From: Mobula hypostoma
Taxonomy: Eukaryota
Reading direction: 5' to 3'
Length of the DNA: 64,000 bases
Assembly: GCF_963921235.1 (NCBI RefSeq)
Contig: NC_086108.1
Location: 115,942,001-116,006,000, forward strand
The notes under the pieces were generated by a model, which was not told the origin of the DNA, did not search any database, and saw nothing but the letters and a program-made list of their open reading frames with translations. This document shows, one piece after another, positions 1 through 11,507 of this stretch (position 1 is its first letter; the number at the start of each line of letters is the position of its first letter). A program made the translations under genes and the position numbers.

Positions 1-1644
1 CTTTCCCCTGCCACCACGGGAGTGATCGGACCCTGGCGCTCCTGAAGAAACACTTTTGGCGGCCGTCCATGGATACCCGTTCATATGTCTCGGCATGTTC
101 CATCTGTACCCGGGGAAAAGCCTCTTATCGGCCACCTGCGGGTCTACTTCGTCCTCTACCTGTCCCTGGTCAACATCGCCCTAGACTTTGTCACCGGTCT
201 ACCCGTTCCCGCGGAAACACCCCTGTCCTCACCGTGGTAGACCTATTCCTCCAAGGCAGTGCACTTTGTGGCCCTTCCTAAACTCCCTCCTCTCAAGAAA
301 CTGCAGATCTTCTCGTCCGCTACGTCTTCCGCCTCGACGGAATCCCCGCGGACATCATCTCCGATCGAGGACCCCAGTTTGTCTCGCAGGTATGGAAGGC
401 ATTCTGTCAAGCCTTGGGTGCATCGGTCAGCCTGTCATCCGGCTTCCACCTCCAGATGAACGTGCAGACGGAACAGGTCAACCAAGACCTGGAGGCAATG
501 CTACGTTGTGTAACGGGAAACAAACCGTCGACCTGGAACGACCACCTCCCGTGGGCTGAGTACACCCACAACTCTCTGGTGAGCTCTGCCATTGGAAAGG
601 CTCCGTTCGAGTGCTCCCTTGGGTACCAACCCCCGCTGTTCCCCGCGCAAGAAGAGGACATTGCGGTACTGTTGGTTCAGGACCATATCGATCGGTGCCT
701 AAGATTTGGGAGGAGACACGCACAGCCCTACTCAGATCAACAAATCGAAATAAGAAGACAGCCGAACGACACCGGACTCCGGCGTCTGAGTACCAACCTG
801 GGCAGATGGTGTGGCTTTTTTCCAAGGACATCCTGCACAAAAACGAACATAGGAAACTCGTCCCTCGCTTCCTGGGACCATTCAAGGTTGACAGGGTTAT
901 CAATCCCACAGCGGTCCGCCTAAAGCTGCCAAGGTCCATGCACATCCACCCAACTTTGCATGTCTCAATTAAAGCCAATTTCCGTCAGCCCCTTGTGTCC
1001 CCCACCTGGCTATATCATCGACAACCATCCGGCATACACCATCCGGTGACTACTGGATGTGCACCGTTGGGGCAGGGGTTTCCAATACCTGGTAGACTGG
1101 GAAGGGAACGGTCCACAAGAGCATTCCTGGGTCCCCTGCACCTTCATCCTAGACCGTTCCCTCATCCAGGACTCTCATCGGGACCATGCAGACAGGCCGG
1201 GCGGATCGCCTGGAGGGTCCCGTTGGGAGTGGGGGGGGGGTGTAGTGGTAATGTCATGGCCCCGTCTGGCAATTCTCCACCTTGCTATTACCTCAGTAAT
1301 TGGGCCTCAATCCACTCGTCTAACTTCCAATCATTCCCAGGTTCCACTAACTACACACACCTGCTTCCCATCAGTAAATGCAGGATAAAGACCCTGTAAT
1401 CACAACAAGGAGTTGCCAGTTTGTTGGTCGACTCATGTATGAGTAACCTCGTTCCATGGTTCTTCAGGACTGTTAGTTATATGTTCCGCATCGTTTTCCT
1501 GGATTCCCTCCGTGAACCTTGTCTCCGTGTCAAGACTCTACTGGATACCTATTCCACTCTCACGGCTGTGCTAATGCCTCTCGATCCTGCCTCCGTGCCT
1601 GTGTCCAGCGCTTGGGTTCCCCCCGCAGCCTCGTCCTTGCAACA
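1..1644 (+). mobile_element. Ty3/Gypsy chromovirus (Sushi-like), 3' part: decayed integrase, GPF motif, chromodomain, PPT and 3' LTR
   Basis: Frameshifted ORFs give integrase motifs ([39 protein letters not shown]) and a chromodomain ([21 protein letters not shown]). G-tract PPT at ~1225-1240. The 5' part lies outside the window. Confidence 0.93.
1252..1644 (+). repeat. 3' LTR (393 bp, TGTCATGG...TGCAACA)
   Basis: Follows the PPT, has TG...CA ends, and has the same length and termini as the LTR at 44048-44440. Confidence 0.88.
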
Positions 1645-2758
1645 GTCTCGCCTGTTCCTTATGCTTGCATTTCCCCTCTGCTGGGTCTGAACTGCGCCGA
1701 GGCCTTGCCGCCCGACGCATGGGTTGCCGATGATATCTCGCAGCTTCAGAGAGCACACTGCCCCCTCCACAGCTGCGCTGGCTGCCCACTTGCGCCCAGA
1801 TCTGGTTGTAACGCCTGTTTGCTTCTTTACCAAGACATCATTGGAATCTCTCGAGCTTAATAAGGCCCTGCATCTTGCCACCTTGGATTCCTCCTCAACA
1901 GATGACAAGGGAAGCTGCAGTTGCCCAGACCGAATGTAGAGGCCCACTGAAGAGAAGCCTGGGGGGACTCCCAACCATCTCCGCAGGTGCTTGTTGGTTT
2001 TCCTCTCGATGCCCTCTACGGCAGTCATGGGGGATCTCACAAAAGTGAAGAGCCAGCGAAGTCTGGGCAGAATGCCGTATTGGTACAGCCAGGTCTTGAA
2101 CTTACCGGGAAGTCCGGATTTGTTGATCGTCTTCAGCCATTCATCTGTCTGCTTCACAGCATTGGTGACATTGGCCCCACCTGTCAGTGACACATTAAAC
2201 CACTTGCCCAAGCATTTTATCGGGTTATCTTCGATGGAAGGGATGACCTCACCATGAACTTTGAGGCTAAACTTGCTAGTAACTTTGCCCTTTCTGATTA
2301 CCATACATCTGGATTTCTTGGCCTTGAAGGACATCCTCGCCCAAGTGGCTACATTGTCCAGGGTTTCCAATACTCATTTTGCTTGGACATGTGACACAGT
2401 TGTTATAGTGATGTCGTCCATGAACCCTCGTAGATCCGGATGAACAATGCCTGACTCCAGCATCGGGCCGCGGGTTACATCTTCTGCTGCTGATAATAGG
2501 AGGTTCATTTCCATAATAAATAGGCTGGGGGAGATGGTGCACCCTGTTGGAATCTCCTTCTGGAGGTCCTGGTAACTGGTTGTGAAATAGGCTGATGTAA
2601 ATCTGAGTTTGAATCCTCCTAGGTAGCTGGTGATCATGTCTCGAATAGACACTGGGATGTAGTAGTAGTCAAGTCCTTCTAGGATGAGGCCATATGGAAT
2701 AGACCCATAGGCGTTCGCGAGGTCTAACCAGACAACTGTTAGGTTGCCTTTTTTCTGC
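1645..2758 (-). mobile_element. Hero/R2-type (RLE superfamily) non-LTR retrotransposon RT fragment
   Basis: Minus-strand peptides LTVVWLDLANAYGSIP, LRGFMDDITI, WARMSFKAKKSR, NPIKCLGKWF and SGLPGKFKTWLYQYGILPRL. Frameshifted, truncated against satellite at ~2758, and interrupted by the Gypsy LTR at 1644. Confidence 0.82.
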
Positions 2759-3065
2759 TTGAGGACAGATGTGCATGGCCAATGAGGACAGATATGCTGG
2801 GGAATCTAGGTACAGATATGCAGGGACACTGAAGACAAATGTGCATAGACATTGAGGAAGGTATGCAGGGACACTGCGGACAGCTATACCGGGAAACTGA
2901 GGACAGATATGCAGCGCACTGAAGACACATTATTGGGGCACTAAGGACAGGTAGGCAGGGACACTGCTGCAGATAAGCAGGGACAGAGGTGACAGATATA
3001 CGGGGGCACTGGGGATAAGTGTATAGAGTCTTTGACGACAAGTGTACAGGGACGCTAAAGACAGA
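2759..3065 (+). repeat. Diverged 22-23 bp satellite block
   Basis: Repeated variants of GATATGCAGGGACACTGAGGACA. Confidence 0.93.
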
Positions 3066-3680
3066 TGTAACGCGCTGTAATGATTCACTGCTAATGTAAT
3101 GGGTTCTTTGTAATGTTTCACTGCTAAGGCTAATGTAATGTCTTCTCTGTAATGTTTACTGCTGAGGTAACGGTTTCTCTGTAGCAGCAATGTTTGGGTT
3201 ATGGTTGGAGATAACAGGGCTGTGGTTATGCATGTTAGCCAATAAGAGATTATTGCTCTGTCTTATGAATCGCTGTCTTTGGCCGAGGAGAAATGTGGAG
3301 AGAGCTGGAAGACCACCGGACCGAGTGGACTGGGATCTGAGGGTCCGAAGGTCGGCGACGCTCGGAGGAGACCGATGGTGGAAGAAGGCGAATGAGTGAG
3401 CTCCAACGTGCACTTTCGACTTCTCCTTGAAATGGGGCCCCTTTTTATTTTCATTGCTAACCCTATATTCAGATTAAGATTAATAAAGTTCAATCATTTA
3501 ATTGCAAATGGTGCAGATAAGCAGGGACAGAGGTGACAGATCAAGTCTGATACTTTGCGTTGTGGGTTTGTAACTGGGCGGTACATTACATAGCATCCAC
3601 ACAAACGTGATTACCCAGTTTGGCGGGGCAGAAGGCTGTTTTCCTAGACGAACAGGAGCTGGACGAGACTGAGGGTTACA
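3066..3680 (+). repeat. 5' LTR
   Basis: TGTAAC...GTTACA ends, CCAAT and AATAAA (3482-3487), alignable with 8861-9470. Confidence 0.92.
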
Positions 3681-4065
3681 ATTGTTGGGGCTACTTTCGT
3701 GATTGATTCCACTGGATGCTGTGTTATTGCCCTGAGCATTGAACCAGTGGGCTGTGTGTTTAAGTCTGTGCTGGTATGGATGCTGGCGGGGCGGAGCAGT
3801 AGTGCGCCTCAGTGGGGTTACCGGGAACTAATGTGTGCATGTTGAGTGGGGTGGATATTCGTACCCCGGATGAATTGTTAATTCGATGTTTGAGTATGCC
3901 TAAAGCTGTTGGCAAAGTTGAAATTGTAGCGCGAAGGTTCGATAAAATGGCGAGCTCAGACCTTGTTTTTGTTCATATTAGCACTGACGTTATGGCGGTG
4001 GGACTGCCAACGTCTATCATTGCCCCAGGTGAGGCGCTTTTGGTACGACATGGAGCCCACTAGAG

Positions 4066-4758
4066 CACAAAATACTCTGCAGACGCTGGGGTCAAAGCAA
4101 CACTCACAACACGCTGGAGGAACTCAGCAGGTCGGGCAACATCAGTGGAAAAGATCGGTCGACGTTTCGGGCCGGAACCCTTCGTCGAGCACCTCCGCTC
4201 CGTCCGCCAAAACAGACAGGATCTCCCTATAGCCACCCAGTTCAACTCTGCTTCCCACTCCCATTCAGATATGTCCATACATGGCCTCCTCTACTGCCAT
4301 GATGAGGCTAAACTCAGGTTGGAGGAGCAACACCTCATATACCGTCTAGGTAGTCTCCAGCCCCTTGGTATGAACATAGAATTCTCCAACTTGTGGTAAT
4401 TCACTCCCCCTCCCCTCCTCTATCCCTATGTCACTCTGCCCCTCCCCAAGCTGCCTATCACCTCCCTCATGGTTCCGCCTCCTTCTACTATCCATTGTGT
4501 TTTCCCCTATTCCTTCTTCACCTTTCCTGCCTATCACCACCTCCCTGCCTCCCCTCCCCCACCCCTTTATTTTTCCCCTTACTGGTTTTTCACCTGGAAC
4601 CTACCAGCCTTCTCCCTCCCACCCTCCCCCCACCTTCTTTATAGGGCCTCTGCCCCTTCCCTCTACAGTCCTGACGAAGGGTTCCGGCCCGAAACGTCGA
4701 CCGATCTTTTCCACAGATGCTGCCCGACCTGCTGAGTTCCTCCAGCGTGTTGTGAGTG
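4066..4758 (+). mobile_element. Penelope-like element 3' fragment (GIY-YIG C-terminus plus pLTR) with an inverted partial pLTR, inserted in Gypsy gag
   Basis: Peptide EHLRSVRQNRQDLPIATQFNSASHSHSDMSIHGL...RLEEQHLIYRLGSLQPLGMNIEF. 86-bp inverted repeat 4101-4186 / 4673-4758. Homologous to 40260-41110. Confidence 0.9.
4666..4703 (+). ncRNA. Minimal type I hammerhead ribozyme motif in Penelope pLTR
   Basis: GTC-CTGACGA-A-GGG(TTCCGG)CCC-GAAA-C-GTC-GAC: both core boxes, stem II, GUC triplet and stem I GTC/GAC. Stem III is essentially absent. Confidence 0.75.
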
Positions 4759-7700
4759 GGGTTTCAAAGCATGCGTCACGAGAAGAGGGAGAAGCTTTCC
4801 GCTTACATTTTTCGGCTAGAGAGGCAGCTAAATTGTTTGCGGCGCCGGGGAGTCATTCAGGCGGCTGAGGTTGATAAGTTAAGAATGGTCCAGATATCCA
4901 AGGGCGCCCAGTCCCAGGACATGATTGTTTGGGGTCTCCGGCAGTCCCGTAAAACGCGCTCCCCTCCCTCATTTGCTGAGCTGATCAGTCCTCGGTAGTA
5001 GCCCCTTGTGGTGAAGCGACTGGGGCCAGCCCAACCCAGGGAATGGTAAAGGAGATTGCGGCAGAGCTAAGAACTGAGATGTCCCGGGTGTTAACAGCGG
5101 GTGTGGACCCTCCGTATGATAGGACTGGTAGAGAGGAGGCCCCCCTAAGAGGACGGACTACGCAGAGGGGTGCGAGTGGCCGGGGTTCCGCGAGAAGAGG
5201 GCGGCCAGTAGCGTCTGCTGTAACTCTGGGGAAGAGGGACACTTCCTGTGGGAATGTGAGCGGCAGGGAGCCCCTCGGGAAGTGAGCTCCCGTGTACCTA
5301 AGCAGGGAGAGGTGTCGGGAAACTTAGAGGAGACCACCGAAGGAACGGCCTGGTGTCTCTGGAGGAACACGTTCCTAGTAATGTACCAAGGAATTCCCCA
5401 AAGCAAAAGACCTATTCCCGAAAGCTTAGCGGGACCATGCTCCAGTGTGTCGCTCTGGATAGAGGGTACTTAAATTACCCTGGACCCCGGTGAGAAGGGA
5501 GACGTTTCAGTTCTGGTGGGGGCCAACACCCCTTTTGTGAGGAGGCTCATGGGGGCCTGCAAGGAGAAGGCTGGTGGGGCCCGAGCTGCTGAAGCCGTCG
5601 GTTGTGCAGGCGATCCGGATGGCTGTGATTCTCAGTAATACTACGAAGAGAGAGTCACCTTCAAGCGGGGAGTGCCCCTGGCGCACCTGGTGACGGTAAT
5701 GATTAGTGTCCCTTTGAGACAAGCCGGGGAGGAACTATTGGAAGAAGTGGGGTAGTTTACAGCTGAGTCGGTCAACTTTGGTGACCCCCCCACCCCCCCG
5801 TGCCGCCGGGTTGGAAAAGGAGGCTGGTAGACGAGATGCTGAAGCTGGAAGGTGTATTTTCCATTGGCGAGTTTGATATGGGTTGTTCCAAGGGCACTCG
5901 TCACACAATTCGGGTGACCAAGGACACCCCGTTTAGAGGGAGATCGCGGCGACTGGCCCCCGCAGACGTGGAAGACGTGCGGCAGCATTTGTGTAAGTTG
6001 AAGGAAGCTGGGATCATCACTGAGTCCCGAAGCCCCTATGCGGCCCCAATAATAGTGGCCAGGAAGCAGAACGGGAAGGTACGCATGTGTGTGGAGTATA
6101 GGACTTTCAACAGGCGCACTGTCCCTGACTAGTGTACGGTACCGAGCATCGGAGACGCACTGGCCTGTCTGAGTGGTGCGAAGTGGTTCAGTGTGCTGGA
6201 TTTGCGGAATCGATATTACCAGATCCCTATGAGTGAGGGTGACAACGAGAAGACGGCATTTATATGTCTCCTGGGATTCTTCCAGTTCGAAAGGATGCCC
6301 CAAGCCATATCTGGAGCCCCTGCAACCTTCCAGCGGGTCATGGAGAAGACGGTGGGGGATATGAGTTTGCCAAGGCCTCAGACTGTGAGCGCTCTGCGCT
6401 CGTTCCTCGGGTTCTGTGGCTACTATCGGAGATTCGTGAAGGGCTACGGCAAAGTGAGTCACCCCTTGAATCAGTTTCTGTGTGGTCACCCTCCCTTGGT
6501 GAAGAAAGGGAGGGGGAAAAAGGACAGGAGGATGGAGAGTATCTTAAACAGTCGGAGCCCTTTGGACAGAGGTGAGATGTAAAATGTGAAGAGGCCTTTC
6601 AGTCGCTGAAGGAGCTGCTGACCCAGGCGCCTGTGCTGGCTTTTGCGGACCCCCGATTGCCGTATGTACTGCACACGGATGCCAGCCGAGAGGGTTTAGG
6701 GGCGTCCTGTATCGGGATCAAGGCACCTGGTTGAGAACCGTTGCGTTTGCTAGCCGGAGAGTATCACCCTCCGAGAAAAACTATCTCACGCACAAGCTGG
6801 AATTTCTGGTGTTGCAATGTGCGGTGGTGGATAAGTGACTACCTCTATGGGGCCAAGTTTGAGGTGAGGACGGGCAACAATCCCCTAACTTATATCCTGA
6901 CCTCGGCGAAACTAGATGCGACAGGCCATCGGTGGTTGGTGGTGTTGTCTGCCTATGATTTCAGCCTGAAGTACCGGCCGGGAAGCCGGGACATTGATGC
7001 TGATGCTTTGTCCCAACGGCGCATGAGGGACTGGACAGGGACGAGGAGTGGGAGACCGTTCCTGCCCCAGGGGTGAAGGCCATGTGTCAGTTTGCCATCG
7101 CCTTGAAGGCAGAGGGAAAGGAGAGGCAGGATCGAGCGGTGGATCAATTGGGAGCTTCCGATGACGCCATCCCCCCAAGTTTATTGTAACCTAATTGCTC
7201 TGAAGGCAAATCAGCTGCCGGAATTGAGTGCCGGGGAAGTGGCAGCTGCTCAGCGAAATGATCCGGGCATTGGCACTATTTGGTCAGCGGTCGAAAAGAG
7301 AGACATGGCTCAGGTGGAGAAGGCGAAACACGCTTCGGTGCCTCCATTACTGCGAGAATAGCCTCGGCTGGAGTTGCGGAACCAGATCCTATACTGGGTC
7401 ACTTCACCCCCGGACCGACCTCGGCGTTGCCAGCTGTTCTGCCCGAGAAGTATCAGAGGATTGTGTTGAAGTCACTTCATAATGATTCTGGATATTTGGG
7501 GGTAGAAGAGGCCTATGGACTGCTCAGAAACTGGTTTTGCTGGCCCCGGATGAAATCGGATGTCGAAGAATACTGCAAGTCCTGCATTCGCTGCACACGG
7601 CGGAAAACATTGCCGACGCGGCCGCTCCCTTGTCCCACTTGCAGAGTGCGGAGCCCCTGGACCTGATGTGTATGGGTTTCCTGTCTATAGAACAGGCTGT

Positions 7701-8860
7701 CAGCAACACGGCGAATGTCTTAGTCATCACGGTCCACTACACCAGATATGCACAGGCTTTCCCTACCAAGGACGAAAGGGCGACTACAGTGCCAAAGGGC
7801 AAAGGTGTTATGGGAGAAGTATTTCGTTTATTATGGCCTTCCCAGGTGAATACATAGTGATTAGGGACGGGATTTCGAGAGCAGACTCATCCGTGAGTTA
7901 CTGGGCATGCTTGGAGTCAAGAAGTCGAGGACCACGCCCTATCACCCGCAGGGCAATCCCCAGCCTGAGAGGTTTTGTCGGACCCTGCCAGAGATGCTCG
8001 GGACCCTGGAGATCAGCAACAAGAGCAGGTGGAGTCAACATATTGGGCATCTGGTTCACCGTTACAACTATACACGAAATAAAGCTACTGGGTACCCGCC
8101 ATGTTGTCTGATGTTTGGGCGCGAGGCAAGGTTGCCCATTGATCTTTGATTTGGGATCGACGAGGCTGACTTACCACCGAAGAATTATCTGAAGTATGTG
8201 TCTGATATGAGGAGAGAGCTGAAAAGGGCTTATGAATTGGCTGGGGTCACGACCGCCAAGCAGAATCGAGGAACTAAGAGGAAGTATAATCAAAAAGTGA
8301 GGTTCTCCCAACTCCTGCCGGAAGACAGAGTCCTCGTAAGGATTTTGGGGCTACCTGGGAATCATAAGTTGCCTGACCGCTGGGCGACTACGCCCTGTGT
8401 GGTGGAGAGTCAGGTGCCAAACCTACCAGGGCCCACAGCAGGTGAGGCTCGGCCGGACCCCGCCCCTGAGAGGGATACTGATTCGAAGGATGAGGACCTG
8501 GATGTGTGGTATATTCTGCCTTTCGCTAACTTCCCATTGATTGAGGAAGATTGAGGCACCGAGTTTCGGGGGGGGGCAGGAGTGATAGGTCGGGGGTGGG
8601 GGGCGCCAGGTAGACCGTAAGTATCCCCAGTAGCGTCTGAACTTGAAGGGTTAGATGAGGAGGTACGGAGGTCTCAGAGAATTAGGAGACCACCGGATAG
8701 GTTGGTCTTTGTAGCACCTGGAGAACAGGGCCTGATCCCTACCGTTTTGGGGAGCTATGTCACTGCCTTTTGCACATGCATTGGGTTTTGTGTTTTGCAG
8801 GAGGGGTTGGCGAATTTTCTTAACGTCATGAGGACATGACTAAATTTGGTGGGGGGAGAG

Positions 8861-9470
8861 TGTAACGATCTGTAAGGATTCACTGCTAATGTAATGGCTT
8901 CTTTGCAATGTTTCACTGCTAAGGCTAATGTAATGGCTTCTCTGTAATGTTCACCACTGAGTTAACGGTTTCTCCGTAGCAGCAATGTTTGGGTTATGGC
9001 CGGAGATAACAGGACTTATGCATGCATGTTAGCCAATAAGAGATTGTTCTTCTGTCTTGTGAATCTGGAAGGAGATATTCACGGTCTTTGGTCGAGGAGA
9101 GATTAAGAGGGAGGACGCGTGTGGAGAGAGCTGGTAGACCACCGGATGGAGTGGACTGCGATCTGAGGGCCCGAAGGTCAGCAACGCTCGGAGGAGATCG
9201 ATGGTGGAAGAAGGCGAATGAGTGAGCTCCAAGGTGCACTTTTGACTTTTCCTTGAAATAGACCCTTTTTATTTTCATTACTCACCCTACATTCAGATTA
9301 ATATTGGTAAAGTTCAATCACTTAATTGCATATGGTGTACTGTCTGATATTTTGCTTTGAGCGTTTATAACTGGGCGGTACTTTACATAGCGTCCACACA
9401 AACGTGATTTCTCAGTTTGGCGGGGCCAGAGGCTGTTCTCCCCTAGACGACCACGAGCCTGAAGGTCACA
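8861..9470 (+). repeat. 3' LTR
   Basis: TGTAAC...GTCACA ends directly after the PPT; alignable with 3066-3680. Confidence 0.92.
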
Positions 9471-11507
9471 CAGACATGCAGGGACAATGAGTACAGATAT
9501 ACAGTGACACTAAGGACAAATGTGTAGGGATACTGTAGACAGATATACAGGGACTGGGGACAGATATAGAGGGATACTGAGGCGAGATACGCAGCAACAC
9601 AGAAGACAGATATGCATGGACACTGAGGACAAATGTGCAGGGAGACTGCAGACCGATAAGCAGGGACACTGAGCACAGATGTGCAGGAACACTACAGATA
9701 GATATGCAGGGAGACTGAGGGCAGATATGCAGGAACACTGCGGACAGTTATACAGGGACACTAAGGACGGATTTGCAGGGACACTGAGGTAAGATTTGCA
9801 GGGCCACCGAAGGCAGATATGGAGCACACTGAGGACAGATATACAGGGTCGCTGAGGAAGATGCTGTGGGACGCTGAGGACAAATATGATTGGACACTGA
9901 GGATAGGTGTACAGAGACAACAAGGACAGATATGCCGTAAACTGAGGACTCACAGGCAGGGACATGAGGAGAAATATTCTGGTAGACTGAGGAGAGGTAT
10001 ACAGGGACGCTGAAGACAGATATGCAGCAACAATGTGCACCGGTATGCAGGGACACTGAGCAGAGATGTGCAGGAAACTGAGTTCAGGTATGCAGGGACA
10101 CTGAGGACAGATGTACAGTTACATTAAGGACATATGTACTTTGACACTGATGACAGATATGCAGGGACTGATAACAGATATGTAGAGATACTGTGGGGAG
10201 ATACATGGGGACACTGAGGACAGATGTGCAGGGACACTGAAGATAGATACGTGTGCACGGACACTGCGGACAGATATAAAGGGAGAGTAAGCACAAATGT
10301 GGAGGCAGACTGAGGACAGATAAGCAGGGAGACAAGGAGATTTATGCAGGGTCGCTGAGGACAGATATTCAGGGACACTGACTATGGATATGCAGGGTGC
10401 TGAGGACAGATATACGGGGACACTGAGCACAGATATGCAGGGACGCTGAGGACCGATATGCAGCACACGGAGGATATATTATCAGGGACACTGAAGACAG
10501 ATGTGCAGGAATACTGGTGCAGATATGCACGGGCACGAGGACAGATATGCCGGGACACTGAGGACAGATATGGAGGGAAACTGAGGCGAAATACGCAGGG
10601 ATGCAGAGGACAGATATGCATGGACACTGAGGACAAATGCGCATGAAGACAGCAGACAGATATGCATGGAGTCTGATGACTGATAAGCAGGGATACTGAG
10701 CACAGATGTGCAGAAACACTGCGGACAGATATGCAGGGAAACTGAGCGAGATATGCAGAGCTACTGAGGCCTGATACTCAAAGACGCTGTGGGCAGATAT
10801 GAAGGGTAATCTAGTACAGATATAGATAGACACTGAGGACAACCTTGCAAGGACACCATGGACAGAAATGCAGGAACACTGAGTGCAGAAATGCATGGAA
10901 AGTGATGATAGTTATTCAGGTGCACAGAGGATATAAATTCATGGAAACTGAGGACAGATATGCAGGGTACTTAGGACAGACATGCAGGGAGATTGTGCAT
11001 AGATATACAGTGATACTGAGGACACAGGATCAGGGACTCTGAGGACAAATATTGAAGGACATTGAGGACAGATATGCAGGCACACTGATGACAGGTAAAC
11101 AGGGATTCTGTGGACAAATATACAAGGGCACTGAGGAGTCATGACCAGGGACTCTTAGGACAAATATTCAGGGACACTAAGGATAGATATGCAAGGACAT
11201 TGAGGTCAGATATGCAGGGACACTTAGGTCAGTTATGGAGGGATACTGAGGACATATATACAGGGACAATGAGGACAGATGTACTGGGACACGAAGGAAA
11301 GATATGCATGGAAATTGAGGACGGTTATGCAGGGACTCTGAGGAGAAATATCTTGGAACAGTGAAGGCAGTTATGCAGGTAGCTGAGGACTGGTATTCAA
11401 AGGCAATGTGCACATATATGCAAGGCCACTAAGGACATATGTACAGGGACACTAAGGCTAAATGTACATCGACACTGACCATAGATATGGAAGAACCCTT
11501 AGGACAT
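9471..11507 (+). repeat. Diverged 22-23 bp satellite block
   Basis: Continuous monomer variants. Confidence 0.95.

Larger units (their letters stand above)
3066..9470 (+). mobile_element. Decayed Ty3/Gypsy LTR retrotransposon with PNMA-type gag; both LTRs; 4-bp TSD CAGA
   Basis: LTRs at 3066-3680 and 8861-9470. CAGA at 3062-3065 and 9471-9474. PPT GGTGGGGGGAGAG before 8861. Gag (VGFQSMRHEKREKLSAYIFRLE), RT ([43 protein letters not shown]), RNase H (LHTDAS, ADALS), integrase (KSRTTPYHPQGNPQPERF, LMFGREARLPIDL). Many stops and internal deletions. Confidence 0.95.

Noticed and set aside
3681..3703. Primer-binding site after the 5' LTR
   Set aside because: It loosely resembles a tRNA-Pro PBS but is too degenerate to call.
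3812..5285. PNMA-like gag as a domesticated host gene
   Set aside because: It lies between two LTRs with a TSD, is internally deleted, and is split by a Penelope insertion.
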